Source: Candidatus Kapaibacterium sp.
GTDB lineage: Bacteria > Bacteroidota > Ignavibacteria > Kapaibacteriales > UBA2268
DNA: 64,000 bases
Direction: 5' to 3'
Assembly (NCBI GenBank): GCA_963664875.1
Contig: OY761611.1
Location: 448,001-512,000 of the forward strand
Part shown: positions 9,752-20,473 of the stretch, one piece after another
Numbering within the stretch: the stretch's first letter is position 1
How the letters are laid out: every line of letters starts with the position of its first letter
The notes under the pieces: generated by a model
What the model was told of the DNA's origin: nothing
Databases searched by the model: none
What the model saw: the letters and a program-made list of their open reading frames with translations, nothing else
Program-made: the position numbers and the translations under genes

Positions 9752-11992
9752 TTATTTTTTCATAAGATTTGGAATAGCACTTTCGTATAAATCTATAATA
9801 TCGGCAACTGTATATGAAATGGAGTTGTTGATACTGAAATTATCTTTAGTAACTGTTCCGATTTTTTTGCAAGCAGTCAGATACTCTGCACATAATGCTT
9901 CGAATTGATTTGCTTTTTCAGGTGAAACAGAAACAATAATTCGTGAATGCGATTCACCAAAAAGTGCGGCTTGGTTGTTATCTAAGCTAATATTGCATCC
10001 TAAGCTGCCGCTCATAATAGCTTTTTCAGCTAAAGCAATGGCAATACCACCTTCACTTGTATCGTGAGCTGAATTGATTAAGCCTTTCTGTATTGCAGAA
10101 AGAGTAGCTTTATGCAACTGTCTTTCTTCTTCTAAATCCAATTCAGGAGCTTCTCCGGTAATTTTGCCGGTAAGGAGTTTCAAATATTCAGATCCGCCGA
10201 TTTCTGTTCTGTCACTTCCAAGAATGTAGATAAAGTCACCTTCATTTTTGAAATTTGCACTCATTACTTTTGTCATATCATCAATAATGCCCAGCATACC
10301 AATAGTTGGTGTAGGATAAATTGCTCTGTCTCTTGATTCATTGTGGAAAGAAACATTACCTCCCGTTACCGGAGTATCAAAAGCACGACAAGCAGCACCC
10401 ATACCTCTAATTACTTCTTTGAACTGCCAATAAACTTCAGGATCGTAAGGATTTCCAAAATTCAAGCAGTTTGTAATAGCGACCGGAACTGCACCTGTAC
10501 AAACAACGTTTCTGGCAGCTTCAGATACAGCAGCTAAACCACCTCTATATGGATTCAAATAAGCATAACGGCTATTGCAATCGGTACAAACAGCAATACC
10601 TTTGTTTTCTATTTCTTTTATTCTTAAAACAGCAGCATCACCTTTGATAGCTACAGTATTTGTACGTACCTGAGAATCATATTGTTCAAATATCCATCTT
10701 TTAGATGCGATATTCGGAGTAGAAATAAGTTTTTCAAAAACTTCTTTATCTGAATATTTAGATTCAATATTTTTTGTATCAAAAGAAGATGTTTCTTTTA
10801 AGTAAGCAGGCTTTTTAGCAGGTCTGTCATTTACAGGAGCTCCACCGCCTAATACAAGGTGATCAGCTTCTAATTTAGAAACAAATTTACCGTTTCTAAA
10901 TACATTGACATCACCATCATTAGTAATAAAACCAATTTCAGTAATAGGAACATCCCATTTTGCACATATTTGTTTTGCTTGCTCTTCTTTACCTTTTTCT
11001 ATTACTACTAACATCCTTTCCTGAGATTCGGAAAGCATAATTTCGTAGGCAGTCATATCTTTTTCGCGAAGAGGAACTTTATCTAAATCTACGTGCATAC
11101 CGATATTAGGGAAACGGGCACTCATTTCGGAAGTTGAGCAAGATATACCTGCAGCACCCATATCTTGGATACCTACTACTACACCTGCTTTGATAAGCTC
11201 CAGAGTTGCTTCTAACAACAATTTTTCAGCAAAAGGATCACCAACTTGTACAGTTGGTCGCATATCTTCAGTTTTTTCGTCAAACTCTCTGGAAGCTAAA
11301 AGTGAAGCACCATGGATACCGTCACGTCCTGTAGAGCTTCCAACAATCATAACTGGGTTTCCTACACCATTAGCTGCTGCAGAGGCAGTTTGGTCAGTTT
11401 TTACGATACCGACAGCCATTGCATTTACTAGTGGATTGTCAAAATAACATTCGTCAAAATAAATCTCACCACCAACTGTAGGAACACCAAAGCAGTTTCC
11501 GTAATGGCTTATACCTTCAACGACACCATTCAAAAGGAATTTTGTTCTTGGATTGTCAAGTTCACCAAATCTTAGAGAATTGAGAGCAGCTATAGGTCTG
11601 GCACCCATAGTAAAAATATCTCTTAAAATACCACCAACACCTGTAGCAGCACCTTGGAAAGGTTCTATTGCCGAAGGGTGATTATGGCTTTCAATTTTAA
11701 AAGCAATTGCATAACCGTTTCCAATATCTACTAAACCGGCATTTTCTTCACCGGCTTCTACCAAAAGTCTGCCGCCGGAGCGTGGCAAAGTTTTGAGTTG
11801 TTTAATAGAATTTTTATAAGAACAGTGCTCACTCCACATTACACCATAAATTCCAATTTCAGTGTATGTAGGTTTTCTGCCTAACTTATTCAAAATTTTA
11901 TTGTATTCCTCTTCTGTAAGACCACATTCGATAGCCGTATCAAGAGTAACTTCAATCTCAGAGTAGAGATTTGAGATGTCATAATTTGCCAT
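9752..11992 (-). CDS. purL: FGAM synthase subunit PurL (small type); likely start MANYD at 11992
   Basis: MWSEHCSYK, ESHNHPS, GAATGVGG, QDMGAAG, LSESQERM, VTGGNVS. Confidence 0.97.
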   Translation of the reverse strand: MANYDISNLYSEIEVTLDTAIECGLTEEEYNKILNKLGRKPTYTEIGIYGVMWSEHCSYKNSIKQLKTLPRSGGRLLVEAGEENAGLVDIGNGYAIAFKIESHNHPSAIEPFQGAATGVGGILRDIFTMGARPIAALNSLRFGELDNPRTKFLLNGVVEGISHYGNCFGVPTVGGEIYFDECYFDNPLVNAMAVGIVKTDQTASAAANGVGNPVMIVGSSTGRDGIHGASLLASREFDEKTEDMRPTVQVGDPFAEKLLLEATLELIKAGVVVGIQDMGAAGISCSTSEMSARFPNIGMHVDLDKVPLREKDMTAYEIMLSESQERMLVVIEKGKEEQAKQICAKWDVPITEIGFITNDGDVNVFRNGKFVSKLEADHLVLGGGAPVNDRPAKKPAYLKETSSFDTKNIESKYSDKEVFEKLISTPNIASKRWIFEQYDSQVRTNTVAIKGDAAVLRIKEIENKGIAVCTDCNSRYAYLNPYRGGLAAVSEAARNVVCTGAVPVAITNCLNFGNPYDPEVYWQFKEVIRGMGAACRAFDTPVTGGNVSFHNESRDRAIYPTPTIGMLGIIDDMTKVMSANFKNEGDFIYILGSDRTEIGGSEYLKLLTGKITGEAPELDLEEERQLHKATLSAIQKGLINSAHDTSEGGIAIALAEKAIMSGSLGCNISLDNNQAALFGESHSRIIVSVSPEKANQFEALCAEYLTACKKIGTVTKDNFSINNSISYTVADIIDLYESAIPNLMKK

Positions 11993-12210
11993 TTTGCACA
12001 CTTTTGATAATTGACTCAAAAAAACTTAGAACAAAAATAATACTTTTTCGTATTAAAGCCTTAGAAAAGATACAGTATTTGTATAACTTATCTAAGTTCT
12101 TTAGAAAATTGAATTTATAGATGCTCCCATACTGATTAAAAACTAATATTATTCCTTTGGGAGTTTTTTTATATTTGAACTTAGAAAACTATTTCAGTTT
12201 ATTTAGTACC

Positions 12211-12849
12211 ATGTTCGAGAAAATGGAAACATTAAAAGATAGAATAATTAGCGAAGCTGCTGAAATGTTCCTGAAAAACGGTTACAGAAAAGTAAGGACT
12301 GACGACATAGCCGGCAATATCGGAATCAGCAAAAGAACTCTGTATGAATACTTCTCGTCTAAGCAAGACTTGCTTATAGCAGTTATTTCATATTTACATA
12401 GTCGTAAGATTAGTAGAATGAAGATATTGATTACAAAATTGCGAGATGCAAATAAAGAAGATTTTATAAGTGCTCTCAAACAATTTTGGCTTGAAGACAC
12501 AAAACTATTGAAATCAATAAGCTATGATTTTGTAGAGGATGTTAAAAAAATCGCTCCAAAAAAATGGAAAGATTTTGTTGAAGAAACAGATCACGACGAA
12601 TATCTTGATGAGTTAGTCAAAATAGGAGAAACACACGGCTTCTTCAAAAAAATGATAGACTACCGCCTTTTTAGACTTTTGCACAGACATGCTCTGTTTG
12701 GAATTTTTACAAACGAAGATTTTACGAGCCTCAATTATACACTCGAAAAGCTTATTGAAGAAACTTTCTATATTTTCTTTTTTGGGATACTTTCTGACGA
12801 AGGGCAGGATATTTTCAATAAAGAGTTTAAAATCGAAACAAATAACTAA
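12211..12849 (+). CDS. TetR/AcrR family regulator (ORF track starts 12157; ATG 12211 or 12223 more likely)
   Basis: HTH DDIAGNIGISKRTLYEYFSSK; heads an efflux operon. Confidence 0.92.
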   Translation: MFEKMETLKDRIISEAAEMFLKNGYRKVRTDDIAGNIGISKRTLYEYFSSKQDLLIAVISYLHSRKISRMKILITKLRDANKEDFISALKQFWLEDTKLLKSISYDFVEDVKKIAPKKWKDFVEETDHDEYLDELVKIGETHGFFKKMIDYRLFRLLHRHALFGIFTNEDFTSLNYTLEKLIEETFYIFFFGILSDEGQDIFNKEFKIETNN

Positions 12850-12877
12850 TTGTATTAACAAATAGAGTTGAACAACG

Positions 12878-14347
12878 ATGATCAAATCCGCTCTAAAAAA
12901 TGTTCCACTATTACTAACAGCGTTAGTTGTGTTTCTGGCTTCAAATGGTTTAGAATCCAAAGCAGAAAATTTGTCTTTGAATTTGGATCAAGCTATTGAG
13001 ATGGCTTTAGAAAACAATCATGATACGAAAAAAGCTTTGCTTGAAGTGGATAAAGCTCAGGCGGCAATCGACGAAGCATATGGGTATGCATATCCGACTG
13101 TTGATTTGTCAGGGCAATATCACCATTTTCTTGAAAAACCTAAAATGCCTTTCCCCGATCTTGAAGGTCAATTTGGTAAAGGTATGATCGAAACTTTGAA
13201 TCAGTTCAAACTTATCACTTCCCAAGAATATACAGACGCAATGAAACAGTTTGATAATTCAGGTGGGGAAACTCTTTCTGATGCTTTTACTCAAACAAAC
13301 AATTTCGAAACGAAATTGGCTGTTTCTCAAGTACTTTTCAGCTCTGCTGTTTTTACTGGTATTGGTGCGTCAGAGGATTATTATAACCTATCAAAAGAAC
13401 AATTGAAGTCAGTAGTCAATAAAACTGTATTTGATGTTAAAAAGACTTTTTATGGTGTTTTATTGGCAAAGGAAGCCCGAGATATTTTACAACAGAGTTT
13501 TGAAAATGCTCAAACAAATCTTTCCAATGTTAAAGCATTTTATGAGCAAGGATTAGCCGCAGAATATGATAAAATGCAAGCAGAAATTCAAGTCGAAAAT
13601 ATTAGACCACAAGTTTTAGAAGCAGAAAATAGATTAAAGGATGCTACAAACGGACTAAAAATGATATTAGGACTCGATAACGAAGCTGAGATTACATTGT
13701 TAGGAGAACTAGATTATTTAGTTTATAATTTGAATTCTTATAATGACTTGAAAAATACTGCATTAGAAGAAAACTATGATATAAGGACCTTAAAAAGCAA
13801 AGTGAAGTTAGATCAAGCTCAGATTGAACTTACAGAATCTGAATATTGGCCTACGATAGCAGCCTTTGGGAATCTATCTTACAACGGTGTTTCGAACGAC
13901 TTTGACTTTACAACTTATTCTTCTGCTTTAGTTGGATTAAACTTCTCTATCAATCTTTTTCAGGGTGGTAGAACATTCCATAAAAGACAGCAAAACGAAA
14001 TCTCAAAAATGCAGACAGAAACTCAAATAAATCAGATGAAAGAATATTTGAGTATGGATATAAAAACCAAGCTAAATGAGATAGAAAGAGTTCAAAGTTC
14101 TCTTGAAGCTCAAGAACGCAACGTAAAGCTTGCAGAAAAGGCATACACTATGTCTGAAGTAAGATATAAAGAAGGTTCAGGAACTCAACTTGAAGTTTTA
14201 AATGCTGACATTGCATTGAAACAAGCCAAAACAAACAGGCTCAATTCGGTTTATAACTATATTACTGCAATTGCAGAGTTAGATAAAATACTTGGCAAAG
14301 TAGATGACAAGTATATGCGTAGATTCATGAATAAGAAACAAAATTAA
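12878..14347 (+). CDS. TolC-family outer membrane efflux protein
   Basis: Signal peptide, LDQAIEMALENN, YEQGL and YKEGSGTQLEVL repeats. Confidence 0.92.
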   Translation: MIKSALKNVPLLLTALVVFLASNGLESKAENLSLNLDQAIEMALENNHDTKKALLEVDKAQAAIDEAYGYAYPTVDLSGQYHHFLEKPKMPFPDLEGQFGKGMIETLNQFKLITSQEYTDAMKQFDNSGGETLSDAFTQTNNFETKLAVSQVLFSSAVFTGIGASEDYYNLSKEQLKSVVNKTVFDVKKTFYGVLLAKEARDILQQSFENAQTNLSNVKAFYEQGLAAEYDKMQAEIQVENIRPQVLEAENRLKDATNGLKMILGLDNEAEITLLGELDYLVYNLNSYNDLKNTALEENYDIRTLKSKVKLDQAQIELTESEYWPTIAAFGNLSYNGVSNDFDFTTYSSALVGLNFSINLFQGGRTFHKRQQNEISKMQTETQINQMKEYLSMDIKTKLNEIERVQSSLEAQERNVKLAEKAYTMSEVRYKEGSGTQLEVLNADIALKQAKTNRLNSVYNYITAIAELDKILGKVDDKYMRRFMNKKQN

Positions 14348-14355
14348 TACATAAT

Positions 14356-15423
14356 GTGGAGTATTTAGATACCATGAAAAGAATCAGTTTTTCAGGATCA
14401 AAATTATTATTGGCTACTGTAATGTGCGGAGCTTTAGTATTAGCTTCATGCGAAAAAGAAAAAAAAGAACCCCCTATGTCTATGGAACAGTTACACGACG
14501 CTAATGGATTACCTGTATCTATAGAGGTAATCAACAAAAGTGGTTTTTCCAAAAAATTAAGCTTTTACTCTACGTTGCGTGGCATCAAAGAAGCTACAAT
14601 AGGAGCTCCTATTGGTGGAAAAATAGAAAAAATCAAAGTAAAAGTTGGTGATCATGTAAAAGAAGATCAAATTATTGCACAGTTCCCTCTTGATTCTCCA
14701 AGTATGCAGTATGAGCAAGCAAAAGCAGGTTTGGAAAATTCAGAAAAACTATATAAAAGAATGAAAGCTCTTTTGGAAACAGGTGAAATTTCACAACAAA
14801 AATATGATGATGTTGAAACAAAATATCTTGTTGACAAAAGAAACTTTGAAACTATCAAACAGGCACTTTTTGTAGAAGCTCCGTTTGACGGTGTTGTTAC
14901 AAATGTTGCACTTAATGAAGGTGATAATATCAGTGAAAAAACACCAATCATGACTATTGCTCAACTTAACACTTTGACTGCTAAAGTTTGGATTTCTGAT
15001 ACTGAAGTAAATCAAATTAAGACAGGTATGGTGGCAAAAACTACTTGGCTTGGTGAAACTTATACAGGTAAAGTCTCTGAAGTAGCAATATCAAAAGATG
15101 CACATAAACAAGCATTTTATGCGGAAATTCAATTCCCTAATTCAGACAGAAAACTAAAAAGTGGCTTGACTCTCGATATTGATGTTTTATCTGAAACTGC
15201 TGACAACATTTATGTTATTCAGAGAAATTATGTACAGGAAGAAGGCGACAAAAAATTCATCTATATTGAAAAAGATGGTGTAGCTCACAAAAAAGAAGTT
15301 AAAACAGGCACTGAAAGTGGTATTGAAATTGAAATATTAGAAGGATTGCAAGACGGCGATCATCTAATCAATTGCTGTTTCAATAAGTTAGAAGACGGAA
15401 CGAAAGTAAAAGTGGTCAAATAA
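14356..15423 (+). CDS. RND periplasmic adaptor (MFP) lipoprotein
   Basis: Lipobox LASC; GKIEKIKVKVGDHVK, APFDGVV, EILEGLQDGD. Confidence 0.92.
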   Translation: MEYLDTMKRISFSGSKLLLATVMCGALVLASCEKEKKEPPMSMEQLHDANGLPVSIEVINKSGFSKKLSFYSTLRGIKEATIGAPIGGKIEKIKVKVGDHVKEDQIIAQFPLDSPSMQYEQAKAGLENSEKLYKRMKALLETGEISQQKYDDVETKYLVDKRNFETIKQALFVEAPFDGVVTNVALNEGDNISEKTPIMTIAQLNTLTAKVWISDTEVNQIKTGMVAKTTWLGETYTGKVSEVAISKDAHKQAFYAEIQFPNSDRKLKSGLTLDIDVLSETADNIYVIQRNYVQEEGDKKFIYIEKDGVAHKKEVKTGTESGIEIEILEGLQDGDHLINCCFNKLEDGTKVKVVK

Positions 15424-15433
15424 GGGGAAAACA

Positions 15434-18400
15434 ATGTTTTTAGCAAAAATCTCAATAAATAGACCTATCATGGTCACTATGGGTATTTTGGTTCTAATGA
15501 TTTTTGGTGCTATTGCTTATACAACTTTAAATCTAAACAGAACTCCTGAAGTTGATATACCTTTTATCACTATACAGACTATTTACCCGGGTGCCGGACC
15601 AAAAGAAATAGAAACACAGATTTCTAAAAAAATTGAAGACGCCGTAGCAACAGTTAGTGAAATCAAACGAATTGAGTCTTACTCTTTAGATGGTGTTTCC
15701 ATCGTTATGATTGAGTTTAACTTGTCTAAAGACGTAGATGTGGCAAGTCAGGAAGTTAAAGATAAAATTGATGTTATAATTAACGAATTACCTGATGATG
15801 CAGAAGATCCAATTACTGAAAAATTTGACTTTTCAGCTGAACCAATAGTTGATATTGTGCTTAGTGGCAAAAATCAAACTCCACAAGAACTTTTCGATAT
15901 TGCTGACAAACAGCTTAAAGACAGATTTTCGCAGATAAAAGGTGTCGCAAATGTTGAATTGGTTGGTGGTCAGGAAAGAGAAATTCAAGTACAATTAGAT
16001 AATAAAACTGTATTTGAAAATTACATTTCCTTGCCTCAGTTGATGCAAATACTGAAAGCACACAATATGGATTTGCCGGGAGGCTATTTCAATATCGGAG
16101 ATTTGGAATATACTGTTCGTGTTGAAGGTGAATATGATAAGCTTGAAGATATGCGTGAGCTCGAAATACCAACTGCTTTCGGCAACAAGAAACTCAAACA
16201 ACTTGCAGATGTTGTTGATGGAGGGAAAAAAATAAGAGAGCGTGCTGTTTACTTCAACAACAACACAAAAACTCGAGACGAGAATGTTGTTAGGTTATCT
16301 ATTGTAAAAAGTTCAGAAGGTAATGAAGTAGATGTTGCCGATGAAATAAAAGCAAAATTACCGGAAATCAAAGAAACTTTACCGGAGGGCTGTAATCTTG
16401 AATTGATCAATGACAAATCTACATTTACAAGATCAACGGTAGATGATACAATAAGCAATATTATTCTTGGTGTATTATTTACATCCATAGTATTGCTGTT
16501 CTTTTTACATGATTTGCGATCTACTTTTATTATCGCTCTATCAATGCCTACATCAGTAATCATAACATTCCTATTGATGCAATATGCAGGATTTACTCAA
16601 AATATGATGTCGCTGATGGGTATCTCGGTGTCTATTGGTGTTTTGGTTGCAAACTCTGTAGTTGTGCTTGAAAATATTTTTAGACACAAGAGTATGGGCG
16701 TGGAAAAGAAACAGGCTGCGTTCAAAGGTACTGCAGAAGTAACTGTAGCAGTTGTAGCTTCTACTTTGACAAACATTGTAGTATTTGTGCCTCTGGGTAA
16801 TATTAGCTCTATCGTTGGTGAATTCTTAAAAGAGTTAGCTTTCACAGCTGCATTCGCAACTATAGTTTCACTATTAATGTCATTTACATTGACTCCAATG
16901 CTTGCCTCATTAATTCTACCCGAAAAGCAAAAAACGGGTGCAATAAGCAGATTTATCGAATCAATGTTAGATGGTTTGTCAAATCTATATGGTGGAACAT
17001 TAAACTGGGTAATGAAAAATAAAATCATTTCCACAGTTGTAGTAGTCTCAAGTTTTGCATTTTTTGTTTGGACAATGGACTTCTACGGTAGCCGATTAAG
17101 TGGTGAATTCATGCCAAACATGGACGATGGAAAGATTAAAGTTGAAGTGGAATTGCCACAGGGTTATAATCTTGATCAAACTGCAAAAGTAATGGAAGAT
17201 GTTGAGCAGAGATTAAGCAAGTTTGAAGATATTGACCACACAATAACAAATCTTGGCAAAAAAGGTCAGATGGATATTGGTACAAACATGGCAGTAATGG
17301 AAGTTTATTTCAACAAAGCAAGCGAAAGATATACAGGCATAGTTGATTATACAACATATTTGACGAAAGAATTATCCGAAGTTCCTAACGCAGATATAAA
17401 AGTATCACTTTTAGAAAGTATGGGCGGAGGCTCTGCACCAATCGAATTTTTTATTCTTGGTCAGAACTTGGATACTTTAGAATCTTTAAAAACAATGTTC
17501 TATGAAAAAACTAAAACAATACCAGGTCTTATCAACTATGATTTTAGTTCAAGACCGGGCAAACCTGAAATTACTGTTACTCCTAAAAGGGATAAAATAA
17601 CGCAAGCAGGTCTAACTGCCACAGAAATCGCTCTTACCGTCCGTTCTGCAGTAGAAGGTATGGTTGCAACACAATTTAAAGAAAAAGGAAATGAGTACGA
17701 TATACTTGTAACCTTAGATAGAGCATCCGTGGATACACCTGAAGAAATTAAGAACATACCGATTGTATCACAAAACGGTGTAGTTTATCGATTGGCACAG
17801 TTAGCTGATGTAGAATTTACAAGCGGGGTTTCTAAAGTAATCCATAGAGACAAATATACTGCTATTAAATTCACGGGATATAATGCTCCGGGAACTGCAA
17901 CAGGTGATTTGCTTAAAGCACTTGAAGAAAAGATGAAAGATACAAAATTGCCTGAGGGGTACCAATATAAATGGGCAGGTACTACAGAAATGCAAAATGA
18001 AATGATGGCAGATCTTGCATTTGCAGGATTATTAGCTATCGTCTTAACTTATATGCTTCTTGCAGCTATGCTTGAAAGTTTCTGGCAACCGGTACTCATC
18101 CTGGCAACATTACCATTAGCATTTATCGGTGTGTTTATTCTTATGTACTATACAGATACAAATATTGGTCTGACTGCTCTTATGGGTATGATTATGTTGA
18201 TTGGTATCGTAGTTAATAATGCAATTTTGATACTTGATTATGTAAATCAGCTTATAAGAGAAGAGGGTTATACAGCAAAAGACGCATTACTAAAAGCTGC
18301 TCCTTTGAAATTGAAACCAATTTTAATGTCAACAATAGCAATTATTCTTGGTATGTTGCCTATGGCAATGGGCGTAGGTGATGCAGGTAAAGAGATGCGT

Positions 18401-18511
18401 ATTCCTTTAGGTATAGTTTCTATTGGTGGTTTGGTAGCCTCTACCCTACTAACACTTTATGTTGTACCTGCGTTTATGTATATTACTTCAAGAAACAAAA
18501 AAGCAGCGTAA
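15434..18511 (+). CDS. RND efflux permease (AcrB/HAE family)
   Basis: SINRP, YPGAGP, GVLVANSVVVLENI, GIVVNNAIL, PILMST; about 12 TM. Confidence 0.95.
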   Translation: MFLAKISINRPIMVTMGILVLMIFGAIAYTTLNLNRTPEVDIPFITIQTIYPGAGPKEIETQISKKIEDAVATVSEIKRIESYSLDGVSIVMIEFNLSKDVDVASQEVKDKIDVIINELPDDAEDPITEKFDFSAEPIVDIVLSGKNQTPQELFDIADKQLKDRFSQIKGVANVELVGGQEREIQVQLDNKTVFENYISLPQLMQILKAHNMDLPGGYFNIGDLEYTVRVEGEYDKLEDMRELEIPTAFGNKKLKQLADVVDGGKKIRERAVYFNNNTKTRDENVVRLSIVKSSEGNEVDVADEIKAKLPEIKETLPEGCNLELINDKSTFTRSTVDDTISNIILGVLFTSIVLLFFLHDLRSTFIIALSMPTSVIITFLLMQYAGFTQNMMSLMGISVSIGVLVANSVVVLENIFRHKSMGVEKKQAAFKGTAEVTVAVVASTLTNIVVFVPLGNISSIVGEFLKELAFTAAFATIVSLLMSFTLTPMLASLILPEKQKTGAISRFIESMLDGLSNLYGGTLNWVMKNKIISTVVVVSSFAFFVWTMDFYGSRLSGEFMPNMDDGKIKVEVELPQGYNLDQTAKVMEDVEQRLSKFEDIDHTITNLGKKGQMDIGTNMAVMEVYFNKASERYTGIVDYTTYLTKELSEVPNADIKVSLLESMGGGSAPIEFFILGQNLDTLESLKTMFYEKTKTIPGLINYDFSSRPGKPEITVTPKRDKITQAGLTATEIALTVRSAVEGMVATQFKEKGNEYDILVTLDRASVDTPEEIKNIPIVSQNGVVYRLAQLADVEFTSGVSKVIHRDKYTAIKFTGYNAPGTATGDLLKALEEKMKDTKLPEGYQYKWAGTTEMQNEMMADLAFAGLLAIVLTYMLLAAMLESFWQPVLILATLPLAFIGVFILMYYTDTNIGLTALMGMIMLIGIVVNNAILILDYVNQLIREEGYTAKDALLKAAPLKLKPILMSTIAIILGMLPMAMGVGDAGKEMRIPLGIVSIGGLVASTLLTLYVVPAFMYITSRNKKAA

Positions 18512-18594
18512 CGTCTTGTAACAATCTGATATTATTATTTAATTAGAGACTGACTTATTCAAATTTCTCAATAAGTAACTCAATTCAAATATTC

Positions 18595-18638
18595 AGGACT
18601 AAGTTAGGAATTTTCCAGACTTGGTCCTCTATTTTTAT
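18595..18638 (+). terminator. Intrinsic terminator of RND operon
   Basis: aggactaagtt...gacttggtcct stem with G-U pairs followed by a T-rich tract. Confidence 0.7.
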
Positions 18639-18777
18639 TGTATGGAATTTGATCAAACTCATCTAACCTTGTTTATAAAATATATTGATGTGAATAACTT
18701 TTGTTGAGCAAATAATGATGAAATCTACTCGATTTTATTATCTTGTAAAATGTATCTACCACATATAAAACAATACT

Positions 18778-19887
18778 ATGGATAATAACATAAATAAACC
18801 GGAATGGGTTCCTGAGGATGCAGGCTCCGAATTTACAACGAATGTAATGAAAGGAGTTGATTTATCTGCTGTCAAAAAAAATAGAAATCTTAAGATAGTA
18901 AAACGTAAATCTCTTTCAATCAATGACTATGTCGAAGGTATTAAACAAAACGACTTGTCTATTATGTCTAAAGCAATTACTTTAGTTGAAAGCAACAATC
19001 CCCTACACAACCGTGAAGCTCAGGATGTTCTGAAAGCTCTTAACGGACTTACCGGTAATTCTGTTAGAGTAGGCATTACCGGACCTCCAGGTGCCGGAAA
19101 AAGTACTTTTATCGAAGCACTGGGAACATTCTTAGTCAAAAATGGTTTCAAAGTTGCTGTGTTAGCTGTTGATCCAAGCAGTACTGTTACAAAAGGTTCT
19201 ATTTTGGGCGATAAGACAAGAATGGAAATGCTTTCTCGTGAAAAAAATGCCTATATCCGACCTTCACCCTCAGGAGGTTCCTTAGGTGGCGTTGCAAAAA
19301 AAACAAGAGAAACGATTCAAATTTGCGAAGCTGCCGGATACGATGTAATTCTTATAGAAACTGTTGGCGTTGGGCAAAGCGAGACAACAGTGCGTTCTAT
19401 GGTTGATTTATTCATGTTGCTTCTACTCCCCGGTTCTGGTGACGAATTGCAGGGAATTAAGAAAGGTGTTGTAGAATTGGCTGATTTATTAGTAATCAAC
19501 AAAGCTGACGGTGACTATAAAACGCGAGCGAATATCACTAAAAATGCTTATGAGAGTGCTCTTTATCTTTTGCAACCTGCAACTGAAGGCTGGAAAACAC
19601 AAGTTAGAACTTGCTCTGCTTTAAATAATATTGACATTGATACTGTTTGGTCAACTGTAAATGAATTTGTACTCAACACTAAAGAATCAGGTGTTTTTGA
19701 GAAACGTCGAAAATCTCAGATATTGGAATGGGTTTATAGTATGATTGAAGACAATCTAAAAACTATTTTCTATAACAATCCGCTTATAAAGCAAAATATG
19801 CCTGATATTAAAAGTAGAGTAATGAAAGGAGATTTGACTCCGGCTTTAGCTGTTGAAGAGTTACTTAGTTATTTCGGGAAATTGTAG
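18778..19887 (+). CDS. meaB: Methylmalonyl-CoA mutase-associated GTPase MeaB/ArgK
   Basis: GITGPPGAGKST, VDPSS, GSILGDKTRM, ETVGVGQSE, GDELQGIKKG, NKAD. Confidence 0.95.
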   Translation: MDNNINKPEWVPEDAGSEFTTNVMKGVDLSAVKKNRNLKIVKRKSLSINDYVEGIKQNDLSIMSKAITLVESNNPLHNREAQDVLKALNGLTGNSVRVGITGPPGAGKSTFIEALGTFLVKNGFKVAVLAVDPSSTVTKGSILGDKTRMEMLSREKNAYIRPSPSGGSLGGVAKKTRETIQICEAAGYDVILIETVGVGQSETTVRSMVDLFMLLLLPGSGDELQGIKKGVVELADLLVINKADGDYKTRANITKNAYESALYLLQPATEGWKTQVRTCSALNNIDIDTVWSTVNEFVLNTKESGVFEKRRKSQILEWVYSMIEDNLKTIFYNNPLIKQNMPDIKSRVMKGDLTPALAVEELLSYFGKL

Positions 19888-19888
19888 C

Positions 19889-20473
19889 ATGAAAATTCTT
19901 ATTGCTTCTAACAATAATCACAAAATCCAAGAAATAAATTCTATCTGTGAATCAGTTTTACCCGGATACTTTAAGTTTTTCAAGTTAGATGATATTATTT
20001 CTGAGCCATTCGATGTGGAAGAAACTGGAATTACATTAGAAGAAAATGCAATTTTGAAGGCGAAAGCATATTATCAAATTGCAAAAATGCCGGTACTTGC
20101 TGATGATACAGGCTTAGAAGTAAGAGCACTTGACTATAAACCAGGTGTTTACTCTGCGAGATATTCGGGCAAGCATGGTGATGATGCTGCAAACAGAAGA
20201 TTGTTGCTTAAAAACATGGAATCTGAGAGCGATAGATATGCACATTTCAGGACTGTGCTCTGCTTTTTTGATGGTTCTAAAGAGATCATTGTAGAGGGCA
20301 AATGTGCCGGGAAGATTGCTTTTCAAGAAATTGGAGATAACGGTTTCGGTTATGATTCCATTTTCATTCCTGAAGGATATTCAGACACATTTGCAGAGCT
20401 ATCTACAGCAGAAAAAAATGCTATTAGTCATAGATTCAAAGCAGTTATGAACTTTGCAAAATTGTTTGTGTGA
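19889..20473 (+). CDS. rdgB: Non-canonical purine NTP pyrophosphatase (likely start ATG 19889)
   Basis: ASNNNHK, ENAILKA, ADDTGL, PGVYSARY, FGYD, SHR. Confidence 0.95.
   Translation: MKILIASNNNHKIQEINSICESVLPGYFKFFKLDDIISEPFDVEETGITLEENAILKAKAYYQIAKMPVLADDTGLEVRALDYKPGVYSARYSGKHGDDAANRRLLLKNMESESDRYAHFRTVLCFFDGSKEIIVEGKCAGKIAFQEIGDNGFGYDSIFIPEGYSDTFAELSTAEKNAISHRFKAVMNFAKLFV

Noticed and set aside
18640-18710. 21-aa ORF MEFDQTHLTLFIKYIDVNNFC upstream of meaB
   Set aside because: No RBS or leader-peptide features; expected by chance
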